Positions 9,635 through 19,377 of a DNA stretch of 64,000 bases are shown piece by piece. The translations under genes and the position numbers were made by a program. Each line of letters starts with the position of its first letter. The stretch's first letter is position 1. The stretch is from an uncultured delta proteobacterium (GTDB taxonomy: Bacteria; Desulfobacterota; Desulfobacteria; Desulfobacterales; B30-G6). The DNA lies in contig CAWGLD010000001.1 of the NCBI GenBank assembly GCA_963823335.1, positions 1,056,001 through 1,120,000 on the forward strand, written 5' to 3'. The notes under the pieces were generated by a model. The model was not told the DNA's origin. It ran no database searches and saw only the letters and a program-made list of their open reading frames with translations.

Positions 9635-10702
9635 ATGAATACTAAGTACATGTATTCCCTGCTATCGGTTATTGTACTGTCTTTGATTTCCTATTTTCTG
9701 GTCGAGGCTGCATCAGGATTCAGGGTTCTATTCGGTATCATCATTCCTTATCTGGCCTTAATTGTTTTCATTGCAGGATTTATTAACCGCATGATGTATT
9801 GGACCCGCTCTCCTGTGCCGTTCTGTATTCCCACAACATGCGGCCAACAGAAGTCGTTGCCATGGATCAAACCGAACCGGATCGACAATCCTTTTTCCAA
9901 ACGTGCGGTGGTCGTCAGGATGCTTTTGGAAGTCGTGTTTTTCCGTTCGCTCTTCCGAAATACCCGTCTAAAGTTGAAATCAGGACCCAAGATTGTCTAC
10001 AATCTTGAAATATTTTTATGGGTGGGTGCCCTGGCCTTTCACTGGGCTTTTTTAACCGTCTTGCTCAGACATTTACGTTTTTTTGTCGACCCTGTTCCAA
10101 TGCTGGTTAAGGCTCTTGAAAACGTGGATGCTTTTTTCCGTTTGGAAATACTTTATGACGTGGCTCAATTTGGACTGCCGGGTGTATACCTGTCAGGAAT
10201 CGTTTTATTGGCAGCCGTTACATACCTGCTCCTCAGAAGGGTATTCATACCCAGTGTTCGTTACATTTCCCTGGCTGCCGATTTTTTTCCTCTGTTTCTT
10301 CTCTTCGGCATCGCGTTTACAGGGATAATGATGCGCTATGTGACCAAAATCGATGTTGTCGCAGCCAAAGAGCTTACCATGGGGCTGGTTACCTTTCACC
10401 CTACAATCCCCGAAGGTGTGTCTTCCATCTTTTATGTTCATCTATTTTTTGTCAGCATTCTTTTGATGTATTTTCCTTTCAGCAAGCTCATGCATATCGG
10501 CGGCGTCTTTTTGAGCCCCACCCGAAACCTGCCCGCAGACACACGTGCCACCCGGCATGTCAACCCCTGGAATTACCCGGTACATGTTCACACATATGAA
10601 GAGTACGAAGATGAATTCAGAGAGAAAATGGTAGAAGCTGGTTTGCCGGTAGTGAAACAGCCAGTTGAAACACCTCCCGATGAATCAGAGGAAAAGGAGT
10701 AA
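9635..10702 (+). CDS. dsrM: DsrM, membrane b-type cytochrome (NarI family)
   Basis: PVPFCIPTTCGQQKSL, heme His residues (AFHW, RH, YVH, KLMH), multiple TM helices. Confidence 0.96.
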   Translation: MNTKYMYSLLSVIVLSLISYFLVEAASGFRVLFGIIIPYLALIVFIAGFINRMMYWTRSPVPFCIPTTCGQQKSLPWIKPNRIDNPFSKRAVVVRMLLEVVFFRSLFRNTRLKLKSGPKIVYNLEIFLWVGALAFHWAFLTVLLRHLRFFVDPVPMLVKALENVDAFFRLEILYDVAQFGLPGVYLSGIVLLAAVTYLLLRRVFIPSVRYISLAADFFPLFLLFGIAFTGIMMRYVTKIDVVAAKELTMGLVTFHPTIPEGVSSIFYVHLFFVSILLMYFPFSKLMHIGGVFLSPTRNLPADTRATRHVNPWNYPVHVHTYEEYEDEFREKMVEAGLPVVKQPVETPPDESEEKE

Positions 10703-10705
10703 CAT

Positions 10706-12331
10706 ATGGCAGATCTTCAGAAACCCGAAGAACTATACAAAACAGACAACCATCCGCCCAAAACAGACTGGATGGATACGCCCGCCGAAATTACAAAGGG
10801 CATTGCCTGTTATGCGGGAAACCCAAAAAGCCTTGAATACGTCGGGTTGCCCAATCCGCGTACCTGGAGTTGCTTCGACGAGGATTGGCAGTTACCGGAG
10901 AATTGGCAGCAGATCATCCATGAAGGATTCAGGGAGCGTCTCGAAAAATTTCGCTCCTTCAAGGTTTTTATGGATATCTGTGTCAGGTGTGGCGCCTGTG
11001 CGGACAAGTGTCACTATTTTATCGGGACAGGGGATCCGAAAAACATGCCTGTCTTGCGGGCTGAGCTGTTAAGATCGGTCTATAGGAATGATTTTACAAC
11101 AGCGGGTAAAATACTTGGCCGGCTCGGGGGCGCCCGACCCATGACCATTGAGGTTCTCAAAGAGTGGTGGAGTTATCTGTTTCAGTGTTCCGAGTGTCGC
11201 AGATGTTCCGTGTTCTGCCCGTATGGAATCGATACTGCCGAAATCACCATTATGGGACGTGAGCTACTAAACCTGCTGGGATTGAATATCGACTGGATCG
11301 CAACCCCGGTTGCCAACTGCTACCGGACCGGCAATCACCTGGGAATTCAGCCGCATGCGTTTAAAGATATGCTTGACTTTTTTCAAGATGATATTGAAGA
11401 AATTACAGGCGTACGCGTAGAGCCCCAGTTCAACAAAGTTGGAGCGGACATCCTTTTTATTACCCCGTCAGGAGATGTGTTTGCAGATCCCGGCACGTAC
11501 ACCTGCATGGGGTATATGATGCTTTTTCATTTTCTAAAGGAAAAATATGGGTTTGATGTAACCTGGAGCACCTATGCTTCCGAGGGGGGCAATTTCGGCT
11601 TCTTTACCTCGCATGAAATGATGAAGCGCTTGAATTCGAAGATGTATGCCGAAGCCAAACGGCTGGGTGTCAAATGGATTCTGGGCGGGGAGTGCGGTCA
11701 TATGTGGCGGGTTATCAACCAGTACATGGATACGATGAACGGCCCTGCCGATTTTCTGGAAGAACCGGTGTCACCCATCACAGGAACCAAATTCGAAAAT
11801 GCCAAATCGACAAAAATGGTTCATATTACGGAGTTTACGGCGGACCTGCTCAAGCATGGCAAACTGGATCTTGATATATCACGGAACGACAACCTTAAAG
11901 TGACATTTCACGATTCCTGTAACCCCTCAAGGGGCATGGGGTTGCTGGAAGAACCAAGATATGTCATCAAAAATGTCTGCAATCATTTTTATGAAATGCC
12001 GGAAAACACTATTCGAGAGCAGACATTCTGCTGTGGAAGCGGCTCAGGTCTCAATGCCGGCGAAGATATGGAGTTAAGGATGGCAGGAGGGCTTCCCAGG
12101 GCCAATGCAGTGAAATTTGTTCATGAGAACAAAGGTGTCAACACACTGGCAACGATCTGTGCAATAGACCGCGCCGCCTTGCCGGACCTCATGTCCTACT
12201 GGGTTCCGGGGGTGGAGGTTTACGGCGTACACGAAATGGTGGGGAACGCCCTGCTGCTACCAGGTGAAAATGAGAGACAGACAGATCTGCGCGGCGAACC
12301 GCTGCCGGGAATGGAGGCTGCAGATGAATGA
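10706..12331 (+). CDS. dsrK: DsrK, HdrD-like Fe-S protein
   Basis: CVRCGACADKC, CSECRRCSVFCP, GECGH, HDSCN, FCCGSGSG (CCG domain). Confidence 0.97.
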   Translation: MADLQKPEELYKTDNHPPKTDWMDTPAEITKGIACYAGNPKSLEYVGLPNPRTWSCFDEDWQLPENWQQIIHEGFRERLEKFRSFKVFMDICVRCGACADKCHYFIGTGDPKNMPVLRAELLRSVYRNDFTTAGKILGRLGGARPMTIEVLKEWWSYLFQCSECRRCSVFCPYGIDTAEITIMGRELLNLLGLNIDWIATPVANCYRTGNHLGIQPHAFKDMLDFFQDDIEEITGVRVEPQFNKVGADILFITPSGDVFADPGTYTCMGYMMLFHFLKEKYGFDVTWSTYASEGGNFGFFTSHEMMKRLNSKMYAEAKRLGVKWILGGECGHMWRVINQYMDTMNGPADFLEEPVSPITGTKFENAKSTKMVHITEFTADLLKHGKLDLDISRNDNLKVTFHDSCNPSRGMGLLEEPRYVIKNVCNHFYEMPENTIREQTFCCGSGSGLNAGEDMELRMAGGLPRANAVKFVHENKGVNTLATICAIDRAALPDLMSYWVPGVEVYGVHEMVGNALLLPGENERQTDLRGEPLPGMEAADE

Positions 12332-12719
12332 TAAGAAATTGATCATAGCGGGTGTTGTCATTTTTATTGCTTTGATCGCTTTTCCGTTCTGGTTCAACAT
12401 GGGCAAGGCTGCACCTGCACCCGAACTGGCGCTTACCGAACATGCCAAAGCAGCCAATGCGGGGAAGTGCGTCATGCCGACGGATTTTATGAAAGCAGAG
12501 CACATGCAGCTGTTGGATGTATGGCGGCATTCGGTTGTGAGAAATGCCCAGAGAACTTTCGTCAATACGAGCGGACAAGAATTTAACATGAGTCTTTCCA
12601 ACACATGCCTGGATTGTCATTCGAATAAAGCCGATTTTTGTGACAGATGTCACAATTATGCGTCGGTAAGACCATACTGCTGGGATTGCCATATCGACAA
12701 CCCGAAGGAGACAGAATAA
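12324..12719 (+). CDS. dsrJ: DsrJ, triheme cytochrome c
   Basis: CLDCH, CDRCH, CWDCH; N-terminal TM/signal; position in operon. Confidence 0.95.
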   Translation: MNDKKLIIAGVVIFIALIAFPFWFNMGKAAPAPELALTEHAKAANAGKCVMPTDFMKAEHMQLLDVWRHSVVRNAQRTFVNTSGQEFNMSLSNTCLDCHSNKADFCDRCHNYASVRPYCWDCHIDNPKETE

Positions 12720-13504
12720 TGGAAGACAGCAGAAGACGCTTTCTAATGCTGGCCGGTATTTCGGCGGTGGGCTTAACTGCTAAACCTGTATTGGATGCAT
12801 TTGCCGCGGAGCAAAAGCAAGACCCAAAAATCGGTCTAAAAAAGGGTGACGATGCGCTGATTGCGAAACAGTGGGGAATGGTGATAGACACCAGAAAAAT
12901 CGAGTCTGTAGAAGACCTTGAGCCCATCATCGAAGCCTGTCACAAAACGCACAATGTCCCAGCCATAGAAAACGAAAATCATGAAGTTAAATGGATATGG
13001 GAAACGCATTTTCACAATGCCTTTCCAGGTCTGGGCCAGCGTTATCAGGATGAAAAGACCGAGCATACCCCGTTTCTGGTTCTCTGCAATCACTGCGAAA
13101 ATCCGCCCTGCTGCCGGGTTTGCCCAACCAAGGCAACATTTAAAAGGGAATCCGACGGAATTGTGTTGATGGACTTTCACAGGTGTATCGGATGCCGGTT
13201 TTGCATGGCAGCCTGTCCATATGGATCACGGAGCTTCAACTTCAGGGATCCACGACCATTTATCGAGGAGACCAACAAAGCCTTTCCAACCCGTATGAAG
13301 GGTGTGGTTGAAAAATGTAATTTCTGTGCTGAACGGCTGGCTGTTGGAAAGGAGCCGGCCTGTGTCGAAGTATCCGAAGGCGTCATGGTCTTTGGCGATC
13401 TTGCCGATCCGGAGTCCGAAATCAGGGAGCTATTGAGAACCAACTATACCATTCGCCGCAAACAGGGCCTCGGAACAGAGCCCTCTATTTACTATATCGT
13501 ATGA
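12719..13504 (+). CDS. dsrO: DsrO, periplasmic 4Fe-4S protein
   Basis: Tat signal SRRRFL; CNHCENPPCCRVCP, CIGCRFCMAACP, CNFC; TAATG coupling to dsrJ. Confidence 0.95.
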   Translation: MEDSRRRFLMLAGISAVGLTAKPVLDAFAAEQKQDPKIGLKKGDDALIAKQWGMVIDTRKIESVEDLEPIIEACHKTHNVPAIENENHEVKWIWETHFHNAFPGLGQRYQDEKTEHTPFLVLCNHCENPPCCRVCPTKATFKRESDGIVLMDFHRCIGCRFCMAACPYGSRSFNFRDPRPFIEETNKAFPTRMKGVVEKCNFCAERLAVGKEPACVEVSEGVMVFGDLADPESEIRELLRTNYTIRRKQGLGTEPSIYYIV

Positions 13505-13511
13505 GGTGACT

Positions 13512-14669
13512 ATGCTTGAATTAGCAATAAAAGGAAGCAAGAAATATTACGGATGGATAACATTATTGCTGGTCGTTATCGGCATCGGCTTTCTCGTGTA
13601 CTTGAAGCAGCTGTCATTTGGCCTGGCCATAACCGGTCTGAGCCGGGATGTTTCCTGGGGATTTTACATCGCCAATCTTACGTTTCTCGTGGGTGTTGCC
13701 GCCGGTGGCGTCATGGTTGTGCTGCCTTACTACCTGCATGATTACAAAGCCTTTGGAAAAATCACCATCCTGGGCGAATTCCTGGCGATTGCGGCCATTA
13801 TCATGTGCATCACCTTTGTCGTGGTCGATCTGGGGCAACCCATGCGGGTGTTTAATACCCTGTTATATCCGTCCCCCAACTCTGTCCTTTTCTGGGATAT
13901 CGTTGTTTTGCAGGGATATCTGTTTTTGAATCTAATTATCGGCTGGAACGTCCTGGAAGCGGAGAGAAACGGAGCTCATTATCAAGCCTGGGTAACACCG
14001 CTTATTTATCTGTCGATTCCCTGGGCGATCAGCATTCATACCGTAACGGCCTTCCTCTACGCGGGACTTCCCGGAAGAGGGTTTTGGATGACGGCCATTA
14101 TGGCGCCCCGCTTTTTGTCATCGGCCTTTGCGGCGGGTCCTTCCCTGCTGATTCTTTTGAGTCTGATCATACGGCGAGTCACCAATTTTGACCCGGGCAG
14201 AGAGCAAATCCAATCCCTGGCCAAGATCGTGGCCTATGCCATCTGTATCAATGTATTTTTCTTTTTATGTGAAGTGTTTACGGCTTTTTACAGCAATATC
14301 CCCGAACATATGGACCACATCAAATATCTGTTCGTGGGTTTACAGGGCAAAAGTTCACTGGTGCCATGGATGTGGACTTCTTATGGCTTGATGGTTATTG
14401 CCATTATTCTTTTGGTAAATCCCATCACACGCAAGCATGAGGGCGTACTGGCAGTAGCCTGTATTACGGTTTTTGTGGGGACCTATATCGACAAAGGCCT
14501 GGGTATGATCTCCGGTGGTTTTGTGCCCAACCCCCTGCACCAGGTTAATGAATATGCGCCAACCATTCCGGAACTTGTAATATCATTGGGCATATATGGT
14601 TTTGGTGCCCTGGTTTTAACGGTATTGTATAAAATATCCGTGGGAGTCAAAGAGGAAGTAGCTGTTTAG
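13512..14669 (+). CDS. dsrP: DsrP, NrfD-family membrane protein
   Basis: VSWGFYIANLTFLVGVAAGG, DLGQP, SIHTVTAF; many TM helices. Confidence 0.95.
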   Translation: MLELAIKGSKKYYGWITLLLVVIGIGFLVYLKQLSFGLAITGLSRDVSWGFYIANLTFLVGVAAGGVMVVLPYYLHDYKAFGKITILGEFLAIAAIIMCITFVVVDLGQPMRVFNTLLYPSPNSVLFWDIVVLQGYLFLNLIIGWNVLEAERNGAHYQAWVTPLIYLSIPWAISIHTVTAFLYAGLPGRGFWMTAIMAPRFLSSAFAAGPSLLILLSLIIRRVTNFDPGREQIQSLAKIVAYAICINVFFFLCEVFTAFYSNIPEHMDHIKYLFVGLQGKSSLVPWMWTSYGLMVIAIILLVNPITRKHEGVLAVACITVFVGTYIDKGLGMISGGFVPNPLHQVNEYAPTIPELVISLGIYGFGALVLTVLYKISVGVKEEVAV

Positions 14670-14692
14670 CGGTACCGTAATTTAACTGTCAT

Positions 14693-14726
14693 AAAGGCTC
14701 ATCCCAAAAAGGTGAGCCTTTTTTTT
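14693..14726. terminator. Bidirectional intrinsic terminator
   Basis: AAAGGCTCAtcc-caaaaa-ggTGAGCCTTTTTTTT between convergent dsrP and the HTH gene. Confidence 0.8.
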
Positions 14727-15006
14727 ACAGAATTCGATAATAGGGATCTTGGATATGTGAGTCCTTGCAGAGAGGGCATCTGCCGGGGGCTGAAAGCCGC
14801 CGACGGCTTTTGAACTCATATCCGCACTTCAAACATTTTGCAGGGGTCATTTTAAAGGTTCTTTTCTGGGCCTCCATCGATCGTTTAATGTGCGGAAGAT
14901 GGCCTCTAATCTCCGCTTCCTTTTGGCCGACAAGCTGTGAAAGCTCTCTGATCCCCTGTTCGTTTTTCTTCAGGAGTATGATTATCTGTTGTCGGATGGT
15001 ATTCAT
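14725..15006 (-). CDS. HTH transcriptional regulator fused to a Zn ribbon
   Basis: TIRQQII...IRELSQLVG...HLPHI helix-turn-helix; CLKCG...RCPLC. Confidence 0.8.
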   Translation of the reverse strand: MNTIRQQIIILLKKNEQGIRELSQLVGQKEAEIRGHLPHIKRSMEAQKRTFKMTPAKCLKCGYEFKSRRRLSAPGRCPLCKDSHIQDPYYRIL

Positions 15007-15044
15007 TTCAATATAGTCACCCTAAAGTAGGAGGAATCAAACCC

Positions 15045-15950
15045 GTGTATCCCGGCACTATATTCGATGTCAAGCAGTATGCACTTCATGACGGTCCCGG
15101 TATCCGCACGACTGTATTTTTAAAAGGGTGTCCCCTCTGTTGTCAGTGGTGCCACAACCCTGAAGGCGTTGAGACGAACCCGCAGATCTTTTATCGGCAA
15201 AAGAGATGTATTGGCTGTGGTGAATGCCTGCTTGCCTGTCCGGAAAATGCTTTGTCCCTTACACCCGAAGGTGTCATCACAGACAGCGTTTTGTGTAAAT
15301 CAGAGGGCACTTGTGCCGCGGTCTGTCCCGCGGAAGCCAGGGAGTTGGTTGGAAAAACAGTTTCATCTGAGGAGATCGTTGAGATCGTCAAAAGAGATTC
15401 ACCTTTTTACAACCAGTCCGGCGGCGGAGTGACTTTTTCCGGTGGCGAGCCACTGATGCAACCGGATTTTCTTTTTGATTGTTTAAAACTGTGCGGCCGG
15501 GAGGGAATTCATCGTGCGGTGGACACCTCTGGATATGCCGAGTTAGAAATTATCAAGCAAATTGCCGGAGAAACCGACCTGTTCCTTTATGATCTGAAAT
15601 TTATTGACCCAGAGAAACACAGGCATTACACGGGTGTTTCAAATTCGTTGATTCTGGCGAATCTCAACTATCTGGCACGTTCGGGTGTCCAGGTCACGAT
15701 CCGCTTTCCCTTAATACCGGGTGTCAATGACAACGATGAAAGTATCGACCTCTTGGGTATGTTTCTCCGTAGCTTGCCAGAAATCAAAATAGTACATATC
15801 TTGCCCTATCATAGATATCAGGAGAAAAAGTATGTTCACCTCGATACGGTATACACTGTAAAAGATATTCCACTACCCACACCGGGCGATCTTACCCGGG
15901 TAAAAAAGCGACTGGAAAGCTTTGGCTTGAAGGTCGGCATAGGAGGCTGA
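15045..15950 (+). CDS. Glycyl-radical enzyme activating protein (HypD activase)
   Basis: HDGPGIRTTVFLKGCPLCCQWCHNPE; ferredoxin insert CIGCGECLLACP; GGVTFSGGEPL; GTG start with AGGAGG RBS. Confidence 0.93.
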   Translation: MYPGTIFDVKQYALHDGPGIRTTVFLKGCPLCCQWCHNPEGVETNPQIFYRQKRCIGCGECLLACPENALSLTPEGVITDSVLCKSEGTCAAVCPAEARELVGKTVSSEEIVEIVKRDSPFYNQSGGGVTFSGGEPLMQPDFLFDCLKLCGREGIHRAVDTSGYAELEIIKQIAGETDLFLYDLKFIDPEKHRHYTGVSNSLILANLNYLARSGVQVTIRFPLIPGVNDNDESIDLLGMFLRSLPEIKIVHILPYHRYQEKKYVHLDTVYTVKDIPLPTPGDLTRVKKRLESFGLKVGIGG

Positions 15951-15958
15951 CAGGAACA

Positions 15959-18319
15959 ATGAATGAGCGCATTGAAAAACTTCGTGAAGAGAGTTTTCGT
16001 GCTGAACCCTGTATCTCCATTGAACGGGCATTGCTGGAAACGGCTTTTTATAAGCAAAACCTTGGTATGTATTCCATACCGGTCATGCGGGCTTTGGTCT
16101 TTAAACACCTATGCGAAAAGAAAACAGTGTATATCGGAGAAGGCGAACTCATCGTGGGCGAGCGTGGTCCTTTCCCCAAAGCCGTCTCCACCTTTCCGGA
16201 GCTGACCTGCCACACGGCGGAAGACCTCATGACCTTGAATGAACGGAAAATGACGCGCTTTTCCATATCAGAAAACGACATTCTTATATATGAACGGGAG
16301 GTCATTCCCTACTGGCGCGGAAAGAGTATGCGTGATCGCGTCTTCAACCAGGTACCAAAAGAATGGCAAGACGCGTATCGATCGGGTCTCTTTACCGAAT
16401 TCATGGAACAACGTGCCCCGGGCCATACAAGCCTCGATGGCATCATATACGAAAAGGGAATGCTCGATTTTAAGAAAGATATCCACCAGACACTTGTCGA
16501 ACTCGACTATCTCAACGATCCGGAGGCCACCGAAAAGGCCGAAGAATTGAAAGCCATGGATATTTCCTGTGATGCCGCCATTGTTTTTGCTGAAAGACAT
16601 GCATCCCTGGCAGATACCATGGCGGTCTCCGAAGCGGATCCTAAGAGAAAAGCAGAGCTGCAGCAGATTGCCAGGGTTTGCAGGCGGGTACCTGCACATG
16701 CGCCGCAAGATTTCTGGGAGGCGATCCAGATGTACTGGTTTGTTCACCTGGGTACGATAACCGAGTTGAATGGTTGGGATGCCATGAGCCCGGGTCACCT
16801 CGACCAGCACCTGTATCCTTTTTATCTGAGGGGACTGGACAAAAAAACATTGGATCGCGATACGGCAAAGGAACTTCTCAGTTGTCTCTGGATCAAGATC
16901 AACAACCATCCCGCTCCTCCCAAAGTAGGTGTTACCGCCAAAGAGAGTGGTACCTATAACGATTTTACCAACATCAATCTGGGCGGTCTCCTGCGAGACG
17001 GCAGTGATGGCGTCAACGAGGTCTCATACATTATACTGGAAGTGATCGAAGAGCTTCATTTACTTCAGCCCCAGAGCAATGTGCAGATCAGTGAAAAAAC
17101 ACCGGATCGGTTTCTCCAGAAAACCGGTCGAGTTATCCGCAAGGGTTTTGGATACCCATCGGTTTTTAATGCCGATGCGGTGGTGATGGAGCAGATGAGA
17201 GTCGGCAAAAGTATCGAGGATGCCAGGGAGGGCGGGTGTAGTGGATGTATCGAAACCGGTGCGTTTGGAAAAGAAGCCTATATCTTGACCGGTTATCTGA
17301 ATATTCCGAAGCTCCTTGAACTGGCCTTGCACAATGGCGTGGATCCGCTTACGGGGAAGTCCGTCGGTGTAGAGACCGGTGACCCGGTCACGTTTGAGAC
17401 GTTCGATGACCTGTATGAAGCTTTTGAGCGTCAGCTTTGTTACATTGTGGACCTGAAAATCCGGGTCAACAACTACATCGAACGCATGTTTGCAGTAAAT
17501 GCCCCGGCCCCGTTCTTGTCGGTGGTCATCAGGGACTGCATTAAAAATGGAAAAGATTATTACAACGGCGGACCCCGGTACAACACCAATTATATCCAGT
17601 GCTGTGGTATCGGCACTGTTACGGACAGCCTTTCGGCAATCAAAAAGCACGTTTTTGAAGAGAAAACACTTACCCTGGATGCATTGCTCGATGCACTGAA
17701 GCTCAATTTCAGGGATCAGGAAGCGCTCAGGCTGCGCCTGGTGAACAAAACACCTTTTTTCGGCAACGATGATGACCGCGCAGATACCATCATGCAGCGG
17801 GTATACGAGTCTCTTTTCAACGCCATTGACGGGAAACCCAACACCAAGGGAAGTTCATATCATCTGAACATGCTTTCCACCACGTGCCATATCTACTTTG
17901 GCAAGATGCTCGGCGCTACACCCAATGGCAGATTTGCTGAAAAACCCATTTCCGACGGCACGTCACCGTCCCACGGCGCAGACCGCCATGGGCCCACTGC
18001 GGTTATTAAATCACTTTCCAAAATGGATCAGATCAAATCCGGAGGAACTCTTCTGAACCAGCGGTTTTTACCCAGCGCGCTGGAAAAAGATGAAGATATT
18101 GTCAAACTCTGGCACCTTATTCGTACATATTTCAAGCTCAAGGGGCACCATATCCAGTTCAATATTGTTGGAACGGAAACCCTTAAAAAAGCCCAGGCAG
18201 CACCGGAGGACTACAGAGATCTACTGGTGCGAGTCGCCGGCTACAGCGACTATTTTGTTGATCTGGATGAATTTCATCAGGAAGAAATTATTGCACGGAC
18301 GGAAAACGAGGTACTTTAG
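15959..18319 (+). CDS. hypD: trans-4-hydroxy-L-proline dehydratase (glycyl radical enzyme)
   Basis: EFMEQRAPGH, ELNGWDA, KESGTYNDF, SGCIE Cys loop, EAYILTGY, STTCHIYFG, RVAGYS Gly loop; these match the HypD active-site set as I recall it. Confidence 0.88.
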   Translation: MNERIEKLREESFRAEPCISIERALLETAFYKQNLGMYSIPVMRALVFKHLCEKKTVYIGEGELIVGERGPFPKAVSTFPELTCHTAEDLMTLNERKMTRFSISENDILIYEREVIPYWRGKSMRDRVFNQVPKEWQDAYRSGLFTEFMEQRAPGHTSLDGIIYEKGMLDFKKDIHQTLVELDYLNDPEATEKAEELKAMDISCDAAIVFAERHASLADTMAVSEADPKRKAELQQIARVCRRVPAHAPQDFWEAIQMYWFVHLGTITELNGWDAMSPGHLDQHLYPFYLRGLDKKTLDRDTAKELLSCLWIKINNHPAPPKVGVTAKESGTYNDFTNINLGGLLRDGSDGVNEVSYIILEVIEELHLLQPQSNVQISEKTPDRFLQKTGRVIRKGFGYPSVFNADAVVMEQMRVGKSIEDAREGGCSGCIETGAFGKEAYILTGYLNIPKLLELALHNGVDPLTGKSVGVETGDPVTFETFDDLYEAFERQLCYIVDLKIRVNNYIERMFAVNAPAPFLSVVIRDCIKNGKDYYNGGPRYNTNYIQCCGIGTVTDSLSAIKKHVFEEKTLTLDALLDALKLNFRDQEALRLRLVNKTPFFGNDDDRADTIMQRVYESLFNAIDGKPNTKGSSYHLNMLSTTCHIYFGKMLGATPNGRFAEKPISDGTSPSHGADRHGPTAVIKSLSKMDQIKSGGTLLNQRFLPSALEKDEDIVKLWHLIRTYFKLKGHHIQFNIVGTETLKKAQAAPEDYRDLLVRVAGYSDYFVDLDEFHQEEIIARTENEVL

Positions 18320-18418
18320 TCCGGAAATATCACAAACTTGAACCGTAACAGCGAGCACTGACCGCGTAGGTTCTGCCTGTGCCAGAACCGATCAGGTTTG
18401 TGAAATTTCCGGGCTAAA
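18315..18418. repeat. MITE/REP-like inverted-repeat element (family A)
   Basis: 27-nt arms TTTAGTCCGGAAATATCACAAACTTGA / TCAGGTTTGTGAAATTTCCGGGCTAAA (24/27 complementary); inner hairpin GGTTCTG..CAGAACC. Confidence 0.75.
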
Positions 18419-18437
18419 CTGTTCGGATTCGGTTTTT

Positions 18438-19250
18438 CTACCCCAGGGCAACGTCGAGCGTCATCATCACGGCAAACCCCATCATTGCCCCAATGGTTGC
18501 CACATCCGTGTGTTTTTCAAGCTGAGATTCCGGGATTAATTCTTCTACAACAACATAAATCATTGCTCCGGCGGCAAACGAAAGCGCATAGGGTAAAATG
18601 GGTTTCATAAAGATAACCGCAACTGCGCCAAAGACGCCGGCTATAGGTTCTACGAGGCCGGACAGCTGACCGTACCAAAAACTTTTTAATCTTGAAAAGC
18701 CTTCTCTGCGAAGTGGTACTGAAACAGCAGTACCTTCGGGGAAATTCTGAATTCCAATTCCAACTGCTAATGCAATGGCACCGCCGAGCGAAGCGGAGGG
18801 TAGGTCCGCTGCCAATGCCCCAAAAGCGACACCGACGGCTAACCCTTCCGGTATATTATGAATGGTAATGGCCAACACCAGCAAAACACTTCTGCGCCAA
18901 CTGGTGCTGATTCCTTCTGCCTCCTCCTTTGGAAAGCCAGGGTGCAGGTGGGGTAATAGTTTGTCTATAATCCAAAGGAATGCACCACCCGCCAGAAAAC
19001 CAGATGTTGCTGGAACCCAGGAAGGCAAACTTGATTCTTCAGCCATTTCAATGGCCGGGGCAAGCAGGGACCAATATGAGGCCGCAATCATTACACCTGC
19101 GGCAAAGCCAAGCATTGCGTCTAACGCATTCCGTTTGATGGTTTTAAAGAAAAAGACCAAACCAGCACCCGCTGCGGTCATAAACCAGGTAAAAAGAGTT
19201 GCGATAAGCGCCTGATAAACAGGATGCAAGCCAGAAAAATATTCGAACAT
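18438..19250 (-). CDS. ZIP family metal transporter (GufA/ZupT-like)
   Basis: [33 protein letters not shown]; alternative start at 19256. Confidence 0.92.
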   Translation of the reverse strand: MFEYFSGLHPVYQALIATLFTWFMTAAGAGLVFFFKTIKRNALDAMLGFAAGVMIAASYWSLLAPAIEMAEESSLPSWVPATSGFLAGGAFLWIIDKLLPHLHPGFPKEEAEGISTSWRRSVLLVLAITIHNIPEGLAVGVAFGALAADLPSASLGGAIALAVGIGIQNFPEGTAVSVPLRREGFSRLKSFWYGQLSGLVEPIAGVFGAVAVIFMKPILPYALSFAAGAMIYVVVEELIPESQLEKHTDVATIGAMMGFAVMMTLDVALG

Positions 19251-19377
19251 AATCATTCACCTTGATAACGATTGCTGAAACAGATTGTAGGTACCCCACG
19301 GCCAGGATCCCTGATTCTTTCCGGCGTTGATTGCCGGCGGGCATCAATCTGCGGGGAATGGGCCCGCTATACCGGGG

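Noticed and set aside
15959-18319. Pyruvate formate-lyase or choline TMA-lyase
   Set aside because: No adjacent Cys-Cys pair or CutC GCVEP motif; HypD residues are present.
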